Of a stretch of 64,000 bases of DNA, positions 37,961 through 46,215 are shown one piece after another. The notes beneath the pieces are model-generated. The model saw nothing but the letters and a program-made list of their open reading frames with translations. It searched no databases and had not been told where the DNA came from. This stretch comes from an uncultured virus (IMG/VR IMGVR_UViG_3300043424_000625) (lineage: Duplodnaviria; Heunggongvirae; Uroviricota; Caudoviricetes): the IMG/VR virus record IMGVR_UViG_3300043424_000625, positions 1-64,000 of that record; one strand, given 5' to 3'. A program made the position numbers and the translations under genes. Position 1 is the first letter of the stretch, and each line of letters begins with the position of its first letter.

Positions 37961-39463
37961 ATGAAACCTCGCACGCTCTGTTCTGCCATTTCTGGAACCA
38001 TCAACCAGTCTGACTTCGCGCGATTTGAGGGCGAGTTCGCAGACCCGGAGGTGCGGCGTATGATTGAGAAGAACGCGTCCGTAATGAGCGTTCTTCATAG
38101 GTTGACTGCCGAGCCAATCGTTCCCGCGTCAGAGCTGGCGAAGAGTGCTTCTTTGCGCTTCATGCCGGGGGTCGACGTAGTTCAGGTTCGCCCGTCTGGG
38201 TATGGCTACTCCGTGAAGGTTTCTGCAGCTCCTGCGGGCATGGCTCCGCAAGAGACGCAGATGTCTGCTCAGCAAGCTCAGCAAGTACTGCCCCCTCAGA
38301 TGCTACAGACGGCAGATCAGACCGGAGCTGCAACAATCACTGGGGTTCAGGCAGAGCCGGATCCTTTGACAGAGCAGATGGCTCCGGTAACGGCATTTGG
38401 CATCTACAAGGTGACAGACGCGACCACTGGAAAACAGTTGGTGGGATACGTAATTCCCAACCTTTTTGATCCTGTTCAGGGAGCACCTACCAGTGCCGCG
38501 CTGTTCACTAATGGAACAGCATACTCTGTTCAGCCTATGATTTCTGGATCTCTCATTGGTGTAAACCACAACTTACCAATTCCAGAAAATCCGGACGTAC
38601 GTGGCCTTGGCGTCTTCCTTAAGACCAACGGCAAGGCTATTATGTGTACGATGCCATACAATATCGTCACGAAGGTCCACGTCGAAGGCAACGGGTATTT
38701 TGCTGCGCAGGATCTAAATGGAAATGATATTCGCATCATTCCGTCACAGGGCATAGTGCGCCCAGTCGCATCCTCGACCACTGACATCGCTATTCCCGCA
38801 GACTTCAAGTTCATGCCGCTGGAGAACCCAGTGCAGCTTGCTGCCGGAAATGAGCTGATGAAGGCAGCACAGGCCAACGCATACGAGACAATGGCCGAGA
38901 TTCGCGCATGGGAAGGTGGCTGCCGCCTCAGCGGACCGGTCTTTGAGAAGGTTGGCTCGGGTGAGCACGACTGGGTGGACGGCGTGTTCTGGCTCGCTGC
39001 CGCAGGCATGCCACAGAACCTAAGTGCTGCGTGTCTAGAGAAGGCCGCGTCTTCCGGTAAGCCGATCCGCATGTTTGGTCTTCAGCCGCTCTCTACGCGC
39101 GACGAGACCTACCATGAGGCTCTCAAGGAAGCAGCAATCGACATGCTTGATACAGAGATTCCTCAGCGTGTTAACTTGCTGAGGGAGATTTCTGCGATTA
39201 CTTTTGATAAGAAGGCGTCGGCACTTGTAGACACTGCTTCTGTAGACGCAGTTCTTGCGCTAAACTTCCTCAACCCGGAGAACGTCGAGACCTTCATCGA
39301 CTTCCTTCCTCAGTTAGAGGAGGCATCGACCAAGTTGGCGAGCGTGGTGCTTGCGGCTCAGATCGGCCTGCAAAGCATCCCCAAGACCGCAGCTGTTCGT
39401 GCTATGTTCGCGCTCGAAGATGTCATCTCAGGACTGAAGAGCCTTAAAACGTATCAAGTTTGA
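37961..39463 (+). CDS. KxAS-motif protein, probable virion head protein (500 aa)
   Basis: KNAS, KSAS, KAAS, KKAS, KLAS, KEAA. Confidence 0.6.
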   Translation: MKPRTLCSAISGTINQSDFARFEGEFADPEVRRMIEKNASVMSVLHRLTAEPIVPASELAKSASLRFMPGVDVVQVRPSGYGYSVKVSAAPAGMAPQETQMSAQQAQQVLPPQMLQTADQTGAATITGVQAEPDPLTEQMAPVTAFGIYKVTDATTGKQLVGYVIPNLFDPVQGAPTSAALFTNGTAYSVQPMISGSLIGVNHNLPIPENPDVRGLGVFLKTNGKAIMCTMPYNIVTKVHVEGNGYFAAQDLNGNDIRIIPSQGIVRPVASSTTDIAIPADFKFMPLENPVQLAAGNELMKAAQANAYETMAEIRAWEGGCRLSGPVFEKVGSGEHDWVDGVFWLAAAGMPQNLSAACLEKAASSGKPIRMFGLQPLSTRDETYHEALKEAAIDMLDTEIPQRVNLLREISAITFDKKASALVDTASVDAVLALNFLNPENVETFIDFLPQLEEASTKLASVVLAAQIGLQSIPKTAAVRAMFALEDVISGLKSLKTYQV

Positions 39464-39470
39464 GCAGTCC

Positions 39471-39499
39471 TTGCGTAGTGCAGCTGTTCCAGCTACGAT
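39471..39499 (+). promoter_or_regulatory. Sigma70-like promoter
   Basis: TTGCGT-N17-TACGAT in an intergenic gap, 30 nt before ATG 39530. Confidence 0.45.
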
Positions 39500-39529
39500 T
39501 CCCGTCAGAAACCTCCAGAGGATGTCACC

Positions 39530-40090
39530 ATGGACAAGATCGCCGCTTACCAAATGCTTCTATCTGAGCACCCCCTGTGGGAAAAGACTGCCCAGGACGA
39601 GCCAGCAATGGCAGCCGAGGGAGTGTCACGTCCCGCCGGTAACCTATCGGGAATCCCTGGTTTGTACTTCCGCCCGGAGTTTGTGAGCAGCCAGTATGAG
39701 CCGGAGGATTTGCAAGTGCCTCGGTATCAAAAGTACCTTCAGGATGTAGCTGCTACTTCTCCGGCAGGTGTCGGCCATTATCTCGGTGGAGCTGCCGTAG
39801 GAGGCGCGATTGGTGGAGCACTGAAGGGAGGACTCGCGCTTGGCATTCCTCGTATGCTCGGCTATCGTGTGGATCCGGGTCTTGCAAAGGGAATAGTCGG
39901 CATTGGTACGGGGATTGGCGTACTCGGCGGGCTGGACAATGTCTACGGCGCTCGCTCTGTGGAGCCCGAACTTGCCCGCTTGGCGCTACGTCAGGACCCC
40001 CGAGTCGCCCTTATCCGTAAGAAACTGGAAGACCGTGACATGCCCATACCCGAAGAGTATGACTATCCTGGCGAGTATGCCGACGAGTAG
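39530..40090 (+). CDS. MDKIAAYQ-leader protein with glycine zippers
   Basis: MDKIAAYQMLLSEHPLWEKTA; GGAAVGGAIGGAL.GG, GIVGIGTGIGVLGG. Confidence 0.7.
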   Translation: MDKIAAYQMLLSEHPLWEKTAQDEPAMAAEGVSRPAGNLSGIPGLYFRPEFVSSQYEPEDLQVPRYQKYLQDVAATSPAGVGHYLGGAAVGGAIGGALKGGLALGIPRMLGYRVDPGLAKGIVGIGTGIGVLGGLDNVYGARSVEPELARLALRQDPRVALIRKKLEDRDMPIPEEYDYPGEYADE

Positions 40091-40098
40091 GAGTAGTC

Positions 40099-40650
40099 GT
40101 GGACAAACTTGCAGCCTATCAAGTTATTCTTGCGGATCACCCTCTGTGGACCAAGGAAGCTCGTGTCTTTGGTCTTAGCCAGCCTGACGTCTCGGAGGCG
40201 TTGGAGCCGTACGAGACTCGTATGGCTCGTATGGAGGAGTACGCCAACGCCAAAGCTGCGGAGCCCAAAACTCATTTCGGCAAAGCAGTGGGGGTCGGAG
40301 GATTGACCGGAGGTGCATTTGGTGGGGCACTTGGTCTTCTTGCAGGAGCTAACGCGCGGAGTGCCGCGCTAGGTGCGGCAGTCGGAGGTGGATTCGGAGC
40401 CCTCGTCGGAGGTTCGATGGCCATCTCTGATTCAGAAGAAATTGAGAGAATGAAGGGACTGCAAGAGTCTGGGAACTTCGGGCAGGCCGCAGTTGATCTT
40501 GGAAAGCGGCAGCTTCAGGAAAGGCGAGACATGGAGGAGGCCGAGCGCCATAGGATGCATTACGAGACGATGGACAGGCTAGATAGACTTGAAGGTCGGC
40601 TGAGCGGCGGTACGTACGGAAATAGATCCGGGAGTCCCTACCGCTACTGA
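40099..40650 (+). CDS. MDKLAAYQ-leader protein with glycine zippers
   Basis: AGGAG RBS; MDKLAAYQVILADHPLWTKEA; GGLTGGAFGGALGLLAG..GAAVGGGFGALVGG. Confidence 0.7.
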   Translation: MDKLAAYQVILADHPLWTKEARVFGLSQPDVSEALEPYETRMARMEEYANAKAAEPKTHFGKAVGVGGLTGGAFGGALGLLAGANARSAALGAAVGGGFGALVGGSMAISDSEEIERMKGLQESGNFGQAAVDLGKRQLQERRDMEEAERHRMHYETMDRLDRLEGRLSGGTYGNRSGSPYRY

Positions 40651-40657
40651 GGGGCTC

Positions 40658-41521
40658 TTGGCACATCCCGCGGAATTCTTCATCAAGTATCTACTCGTGA
40701 TCGGGGCAGCACTGTCCCATGACGACGTAAACCTGAATTTGGAGATTCACGGGCTCTCAGAGGTCTCTGATGAGGACTTCAAGAAGTGCCAAGAGATTCT
40801 TGCCAAGGTTCCCAAGGACTTCCGTCCTTGGGATTCTAAGCATCGCGCCACAACGTCCTGGCTCCGGAAGAACGGCCTCTATTCGCTGGTACATCCGGAC
40901 AAAAACACAGAAGAGATGAGAGACAAGATTCTCTCTGCTCCGATTGTGAGAGAAAAGCTCGAGACACTGCTGATGAGCGGGGTGCCGTACAGCGAGGCAT
41001 CCCGCAATCTTGCCGAGCTCGGCCATCCGGTATCAGAGTTGGCGGTGGCTGCGTTCCGTCATTACTTCTGGAACTCGGATCTGATGGGAGTTGGCGGCTG
41101 GGCCAAGTACCTCAACGGAGACACGAGCGGGAGGGTCAGTCCACTACTCCAGTCGTATCATCTGGCTGTGCGCGCAGGCCCCGAAGCTGCGGCATATCGG
41201 GCCGGGATCCGCAAAGAGCTGGACGGCAAGAAGATCATGATGGAGGTTCGATCCGAGCTGTACCACACCTTTTTGGAGACGCGGACACTTCCGCTCTCAG
41301 ACAAGAAGGTGGAGATGCTTGGTAACCTTGCGCGCGGACTTGCGCGGATCGACGAGCGTGTGCAGGCCGGAGACACGGCCCTGCAAGAGACGCTCAAGAA
41401 GTTTGAGAAGTTCAAGGTCCTTCATGGCAACAAGAAGATCCCGAGCCTGTTAGACTTGTCGCCCACGGGTTCCATCTCGAATCGATCTCGCGACGAGATC
41501 CTTCACTCGGAGAAGCGATAA
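40658..41521 (+). CDS. Hypothetical helical protein (287 aa), terminase small subunit candidate
   Basis: Helical and basic, upstream of terminase; no diagnostic motif, so the function is a guess. Confidence 0.4.
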   Translation: MAHPAEFFIKYLLVIGAALSHDDVNLNLEIHGLSEVSDEDFKKCQEILAKVPKDFRPWDSKHRATTSWLRKNGLYSLVHPDKNTEEMRDKILSAPIVREKLETLLMSGVPYSEASRNLAELGHPVSELAVAAFRHYFWNSDLMGVGGWAKYLNGDTSGRVSPLLQSYHLAVRAGPEAAAYRAGIRKELDGKKIMMEVRSELYHTFLETRTLPLSDKKVEMLGNLARGLARIDERVQAGDTALQETLKKFEKFKVLHGNKKIPSLLDLSPTGSISNRSRDEILHSEKR

Positions 41522-42078
41522 TGCCTGTTCTTCGCTCTAAGACAGTTCGTGACGAGAACCAACTCATTGAATTCATGGAAGCCAACAGTATTCCAGGATG
41601 GGCCGGTCCTGATTACTATGGAAACAGCAGCGGTTGGATCTCGATCTTCTTCAATGATGCGACGCGCGATCGCGGAACCACTCCGATCTACAATGGGTCG
41701 GGGAACTCCGCAAACTACGCCGCTGCGCTAGCGGCTGGTCATGTCTCGTCGGCCATCAATGTCGCAAATGCTGAGAGAATCATTCTTGGCATTGAGGTGG
41801 TTGCAGCACCGACCCAGGATCTGCACCTCAACCTTCGGCTTTCAAATCTCGGCGCACCCAATCTGACGACCGCTAGTCACTGGTTCAGACAGCTGGTGTC
41901 GCCGAACTACACGTCCTCTAAGTACGAAGCTGACGTAGCGGAGTACGTGATCAAACACCAGCTCCTCACTCTCGGTGAGAAGTTCACCATGGAGTTCCCA
42001 GTGGCTGCCAATTGGGCGAACTTGGTGCTGCACAATGCCACCGGCGGAACCTTCAAACTCTACGCGGACATTGGGTAA
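41521..42078 (+). CDS. Hypothetical beta-rich protein, possibly virion-associated
   Basis: TAATG coupling on both sides. Confidence 0.55.
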   Translation: MPVLRSKTVRDENQLIEFMEANSIPGWAGPDYYGNSSGWISIFFNDATRDRGTTPIYNGSGNSANYAAALAAGHVSSAINVANAERIILGIEVVAAPTQDLHLNLRLSNLGAPNLTTASHWFRQLVSPNYTSSKYEADVAEYVIKHQLLTLGEKFTMEFPVAANWANLVLHNATGGTFKLYADIG

Positions 42079-42434
42079 TGATCCCCACATTCATGGAAGA
42101 CCCCGAGCGTTCAAAGCCGGGGCATGAAGTCAAGGTCTCCCTCCCTCCCCGTGCGGAGTACCGAGGGAAGAAGTTCAAAGCAGTGATCGTCGTCAAGAAC
42201 GACGACTTGATCTACCAGTTCTTCAATGTTCGGCACAAGGACTTCCAGGCCCTTCTGGCCGAAATCATCGAAGCGCACTTTGGGAAGACGGATGACTTCA
42301 GCGCATCCTATGTTCCAGAGTTCGAGTCCTTAGCAGTGCGGGCTAAAAAAGTCTGCGAGTCGCCGTTCTTCAACTACAGTCACTACACCGAGAATTTTCT
42401 CGATCTGGTGGATCGCTGTCTTCAAGAGGCTTGA
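42078..42434 (+). CDS. Hypothetical protein (118 aa)
   Basis: ATG overlaps the previous stop (TAATG). Confidence 0.55.
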   Translation: MIPTFMEDPERSKPGHEVKVSLPPRAEYRGKKFKAVIVVKNDDLIYQFFNVRHKDFQALLAEIIEAHFGKTDDFSASYVPEFESLAVRAKKVCESPFFNYSHYTENFLDLVDRCLQEA

Positions 42435-42700
42435 AACGGATCGTTCTCGCGAATCGGTCCTAAGCCCTTAATCAAGATCACCGCCTTGAAGTCCCACTTA
42501 TCCCAGTGGGACTTCTTGTATATGGCGTCGTTTGCCTCACACCACTCTTTGAGGAGGGACCTAAAAAAAGGAACCTCCTCTTTTGTAATGTGGCGACACA
42601 GCCGCAGGTGGAACACCCACTTGAGGGGGTCCACCTGCGGCACCAGATCCCAGGCGTAGAGGTCTCCGAGCAGACTACGCTCGAAGCTCCTTACCGCCAT
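42422..42700 (-). CDS. Hypothetical protein (92 aa)
   Basis: C-terminal part of ORF 42422..42976 from MAVRSFERS is protein-like; coupled to the upstream gene. Confidence 0.5.
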   Translation of the reverse strand: MAVRSFERSLLGDLYAWDLVPQVDPLKWVFHLRLCRHITKEEVPFFRSLLKEWCEANDAIYKKSHWDKWDFKAVILIKGLGPIRENDPFQAS

Positions 42701-43244
42701 TGGCACCCACCGCAGACTGAGCGGCGGGTGCGCTGTCGAAGATGTATCGTCCATGCCCGTCCAGCGTAACCTGCCAGACGGAGCGCAGCGGGTGGGTGGT
42801 CCGGAGTTCCGCGAGGGTGCCCGCGACGTACTCGCGGAACATCTTCTGGAGGGACTCTCCCTCCTCGGGCTTGAGCTCGTGGAGTCCGACTTCCGCCACG
42901 AGGACGGGGACGTTGATCTGCCCGCCTTCCCCCTCCATGTCGAGCCACGTCCAAGCCCGAAGCCCGAACCACTCATCGATGGTGACGGAGTGACCCGCCA
43001 CCTTTCCGACCCGCTCTTTCCCCCGAAGCGTCAGCTTCAGGGGCCGGGCGGACTTGACGTTGATCTCTTCCCCGAACCGATCCTCGCGGCTCTTGAGGAA
43101 ACGCAAGATCTCCGAGACATCCTCGGAAACCATGCGGATGCTGGTCGCGCTCGTCAGCGCCTTCAGATCGAGGAGGTGGAGAACCAGCGCGAAGCTGGCC
43201 TCTCCACGAATCTGCCGAACTTCATAACCAGAGACGATAGCCAT
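42675..43244 (-). CDS. Hypothetical protein (189 aa)
   Basis: AAGGGGG RBS, downstream of GTCATAAG copy 3. Confidence 0.6.
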   Translation of the reverse strand: MAIVSGYEVRQIRGEASFALVLHLLDLKALTSATSIRMVSEDVSEILRFLKSREDRFGEEINVKSARPLKLTLRGKERVGKVAGHSVTIDEWFGLRAWTWLDMEGEGGQINVPVLVAEVGLHELKPEEGESLQKMFREYVAGTLAELRTTHPLRSVWQVTLDGHGRYIFDSAPAAQSAVGANGGKELRA

Positions 43245-43282
43245 GATGTCGAAACCCCCTTATGCTCATCGTGAGCAAAATT

Positions 43283-43290
43283 CTTATGAC
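43283..43290 (-). promoter_or_regulatory. Conserved octamer GTCATAAG, copy 3
   Basis: About 39 nt upstream of ATG 43244 on - strand. Confidence 0.6.
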
Positions 43291-43299
43291 GGAGAAATC

Positions 43300-45024
43300 A
43301 TGAGTTTTCTGAACTCACTGTCCGGTCCCTGGGACTACACGCCGCCGACTGTGGACCAGGTCCGCCTGAGTGAGCAGGACATCCGTGACGCGCAGATCCC
43401 TGTCCGGCCGTCTCAGTTCATCGAGACGACGATGATGATGCCCAACCCGCACACGCGGCAATTGGAGAACTTCTCTTTCGCCGAGCGTAGATACTTACGG
43501 GAAATCTACGACATCCAGGCTCCACGCGTCCTTTTGATGTGCGGGCGTCAGGTGGAAAAGAGCACGACCCTCGGGAACAAGACGCTGTCTTATGCGTGTC
43601 TCATTCCGCACTTTCGCATTCTCTACGTCTCCCCTTCGAGCCAGCAGACGAAGGAGTTTTCCAAGACGAGGCTCAAGGAGCCGCTGGAGACCTGTCCTGA
43701 TCTGAAGACCTGGTTCCCGATGCATCTCACTGACAACGTCTTTGAGAAGAAGGCGATCAATCGCAGCGAGATCAAGCTCAGGTATGCGTTTCTGAACGCA
43801 GACCGCTGTCGCGGTCTGTCCGCCGATCTCATTTGCATGGACGAGTTTCAGGACCTCCTGTTGGACAACATCCCAGTCATCGAGGAGGCAGCGTCCCACA
43901 GTCCATTCAAGTGGTTCATTTACAGCGGAACCCCCAAGAGCTTGGACAACTCGATCCAGGTCTACTGGGACGCGTACTCCACTCAGAACGAATGGGCGGT
44001 TCCTTGTGACCGACACGGCCTTCCAAACAATCCCGGCTCCTGGCACTGGAACATTCTTGGGGAACGGAACATTGGCATCAAAGGATTGTCGTGCGATCGA
44101 TGCGGGGAGGTCATCCGTCCGGACCACCCACTTGCCCAGTGGGTCAAGACAGGAAATCCCAACCCGAAGTTCGACATCTTCGAGGGCTTCCGCATCCCAC
44201 AGTTGATGGTCCCGTGGTTGGAGTGGAGCAACATTCTCACCAAGTACAACCAGTACCCGCGCGCCAAGTTCTACAACGAGGTGCTTGGGGCCAGCTTCGA
44301 CTCAGGCCAACGACCCCTGATGCAGGGAGATGTTCAGGCTTGTTGCGATGGAGAGTTCTCTTTTAAACCGGACAAGCTAAAAGAATTCATGACCAAGCTG
44401 AGAGGAAAGCAGGTCTACGCCGGGATTGACTGGGGACAGGACTCGAACAACTCATACACGATCATCATGATCGGGGCCTACATCGACGGCTTCTTTCGTA
44501 TCGTCTTTGCTCACCGCTTCACTGGCGCGGAGGCGGAGCCGAAAGAGCAAATCTCCAAGATCAAGAAGCTGCTTGCCGCCTTCGAAGTGTCGCGAGTCGG
44601 GGTGGACTATGGAGGAGGCTACTGGCCGAACGACGAGCTTCTTCGTCTCTACGGATCACAGCGCGTGGTGCGGTATCAGTACTCAACCCCCAAGACGATC
44701 GTGAACTACGACTCTGCAAAGGGCCGCTTTCTCATCCATCGCTCGGAGGTAATGAGCGCGATCTTCAACGCCATCAAGCGACGGTCAGTATTCCGGTTCC
44801 CCAAGTGGTCCGAGTTCGGCAGTCCTTACGGAGCGGACATGCTGGCCATCTTCTCGGAATACAACGAGAGAACGCGCATGACTGAGTATAAGAAGTCGCC
44901 AAATACTACCGATGATAGTTTTCATGCGCTGTTGCTGTGCTTCATGGCTTCGATGATCGACAACCCCCGTCCCGATATTCTCGTTCCAAGTGCTAAAATT
45001 GATCGAGAACTGGATAAGGACTGA
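43300..45024 (+). CDS. terL: Terminase large subunit (GpA-like, with zinc ribbon)
   Basis: Walker A GRQVEKST, Walker B ICMDEFQD, motif III SGTPK, nuclease AGIDWG and DDSFHA; GGAG RBS before ATG 43300. Confidence 0.88.
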   Translation: MSFLNSLSGPWDYTPPTVDQVRLSEQDIRDAQIPVRPSQFIETTMMMPNPHTRQLENFSFAERRYLREIYDIQAPRVLLMCGRQVEKSTTLGNKTLSYACLIPHFRILYVSPSSQQTKEFSKTRLKEPLETCPDLKTWFPMHLTDNVFEKKAINRSEIKLRYAFLNADRCRGLSADLICMDEFQDLLLDNIPVIEEAASHSPFKWFIYSGTPKSLDNSIQVYWDAYSTQNEWAVPCDRHGLPNNPGSWHWNILGERNIGIKGLSCDRCGEVIRPDHPLAQWVKTGNPNPKFDIFEGFRIPQLMVPWLEWSNILTKYNQYPRAKFYNEVLGASFDSGQRPLMQGDVQACCDGEFSFKPDKLKEFMTKLRGKQVYAGIDWGQDSNNSYTIIMIGAYIDGFFRIVFAHRFTGAEAEPKEQISKIKKLLAAFEVSRVGVDYGGGYWPNDELLRLYGSQRVVRYQYSTPKTIVNYDSAKGRFLIHRSEVMSAIFNAIKRRSVFRFPKWSEFGSPYGADMLAIFSEYNERTRMTEYKKSPNTTDDSFHALLLCFMASMIDNPRPDILVPSAKIDRELDKD

Positions 45025-45051
45025 CGCCCCGGCAGATGCCGGGGCGTCAGT
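45020..45051. terminator. Strong hairpin between convergent genes (probable bidirectional terminator)
   Basis: 15-bp perfect inverted repeat ACTGACGCCCCGGCA/TGCCGGGGCGTCAGT; no clear U tract. Confidence 0.6.
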
Positions 45052-45059
45052 AAATCGCA

Positions 45060-45503
45060 TCACATCGCCTTGCGCTGACTCAGCATGACGGCGATTTCGC
45101 TCACCAGCTGCTGGTCCATGCCCGAGATCTTCTTTGCGTAGAACTTCCGCATCTCTGTCGCGTCCAGGATGAGGTGATCTGCGACGACGGTCAGCACGAC
45201 GCCAGTTGCACCCGCGATCAGCGCCGACTTGATCGGATTCTCAAGGATCTGAGAAACCTCCCCAAACTTGGCGATTCCGATCGTCGCCCCGGCAGCTCCC
45301 GCGCCGTGCAGCAGTCGCTTCCCGGTGCGCCCAAGCTGTAGGCTTTCCTCAATCATGAACGAGTACTGAGTGTAGTTCTTCATGTCAGAAGACATTCTGT
45401 ATACCTCGACAGTGCTGTGAGTTTTCTGCTCTTCAATTGTGGAATCATCTGGAACGGCAAGGAAGAACGGTTCCTGAATTTTTATAGGGGGTCCTTTTGT
45501 CAT
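45060..45503 (-). CDS. Putative membrane protein with two Gly/Ala-rich hydrophobic segments
   Basis: LLHGAGAAGATIGIA and ALIAGATGVVLTVVA; start may be 45395 instead. Confidence 0.55.
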   Translation of the reverse strand: MTKGPPIKIQEPFFLAVPDDSTIEEQKTHSTVEVYRMSSDMKNYTQYSFMIEESLQLGRTGKRLLHGAGAAGATIGIAKFGEVSQILENPIKSALIAGATGVVLTVVADHLILDATEMRKFYAKKISGMDQQLVSEIAVMLSQRKAM

Positions 45504-45525
45504 CTAAGCGTTCCTTGCAGTAGAG

Positions 45526-46197
45526 TTATGACTGTTTTAGGTCATTTTTTAGACGCTCAAACACGTCCTCTTTTAGGGTACGCTCTAATGCCGTGGCCGA
45601 GTCACTCAAGCTTTCCAAGTAGATGAAGATAGAGATCTTCAACCTCCGCCGCCCATCTGCCAGTAGACGATGAATCTGCTGAAGCTCAAGAGACGTGGAG
45701 TAGTCTGGATGCGCGGTCACCTCAGAGAGCATCCGTCCGCACAGGCGAAGTAGAATCTTCCATGCAGCCCCCGCACCGCTGAATGTCAGAAGATCGGCCT
45801 CATCCATCCGTGTAAAGATGTCGGCCCATGCCCGCATCTCGGTCGTGGAGTAACTGCCAGCAGGGCGCCCATACTGCTCGATCATGGCAGCGTGAAGCTC
45901 CTTCGCGTACTGACTCGTCATTCCAAGACTTTCGTTCCGCAGGTCCAGCATGTGCTGGATGACTGCAACCTCGGACTCAAGACGCCGCACTGTTGCGCGA
46001 AGGGTGCGGATCTCGGCTACAGTAATCCTCTCTCCTTTTGGGGCGGCAAGAAGCTCGTGGACTTCTTCTGGATCCAGTAGTCGAGATCTTCCGCTACCAG
46101 TACTTGTAAGTTGTCCCGTCTTGATGTAGTTTCGGATAGTTCTCTCTGTCTTGCCGAGGACGCGTCCCGCGTCGGCTATACTCATCGAGTACTTCAT
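45526..46197 (-). CDS. MerR/excisionase-type winged-HTH DNA-binding protein with coiled coil
   Basis: MSIADAGRVLGKTERTIRNYIKTGQL....GRSRLLD.EEV; GGAG RBS before ATG 46197. Confidence 0.75.
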   Translation of the reverse strand: MKYSMSIADAGRVLGKTERTIRNYIKTGQLTSTGSGRSRLLDPEEVHELLAAPKGERITVAEIRTLRATVRRLESEVAVIQHMLDLRNESLGMTSQYAKELHAAMIEQYGRPAGSYSTTEMRAWADIFTRMDEADLLTFSGAGAAWKILLRLCGRMLSEVTAHPDYSTSLELQQIHRLLADGRRRLKISIFIYLESLSDSATALERTLKEDVFERLKNDLKQS

Positions 46198-46215
46198 TCC
46201 CACTCCAGGTTTCTG

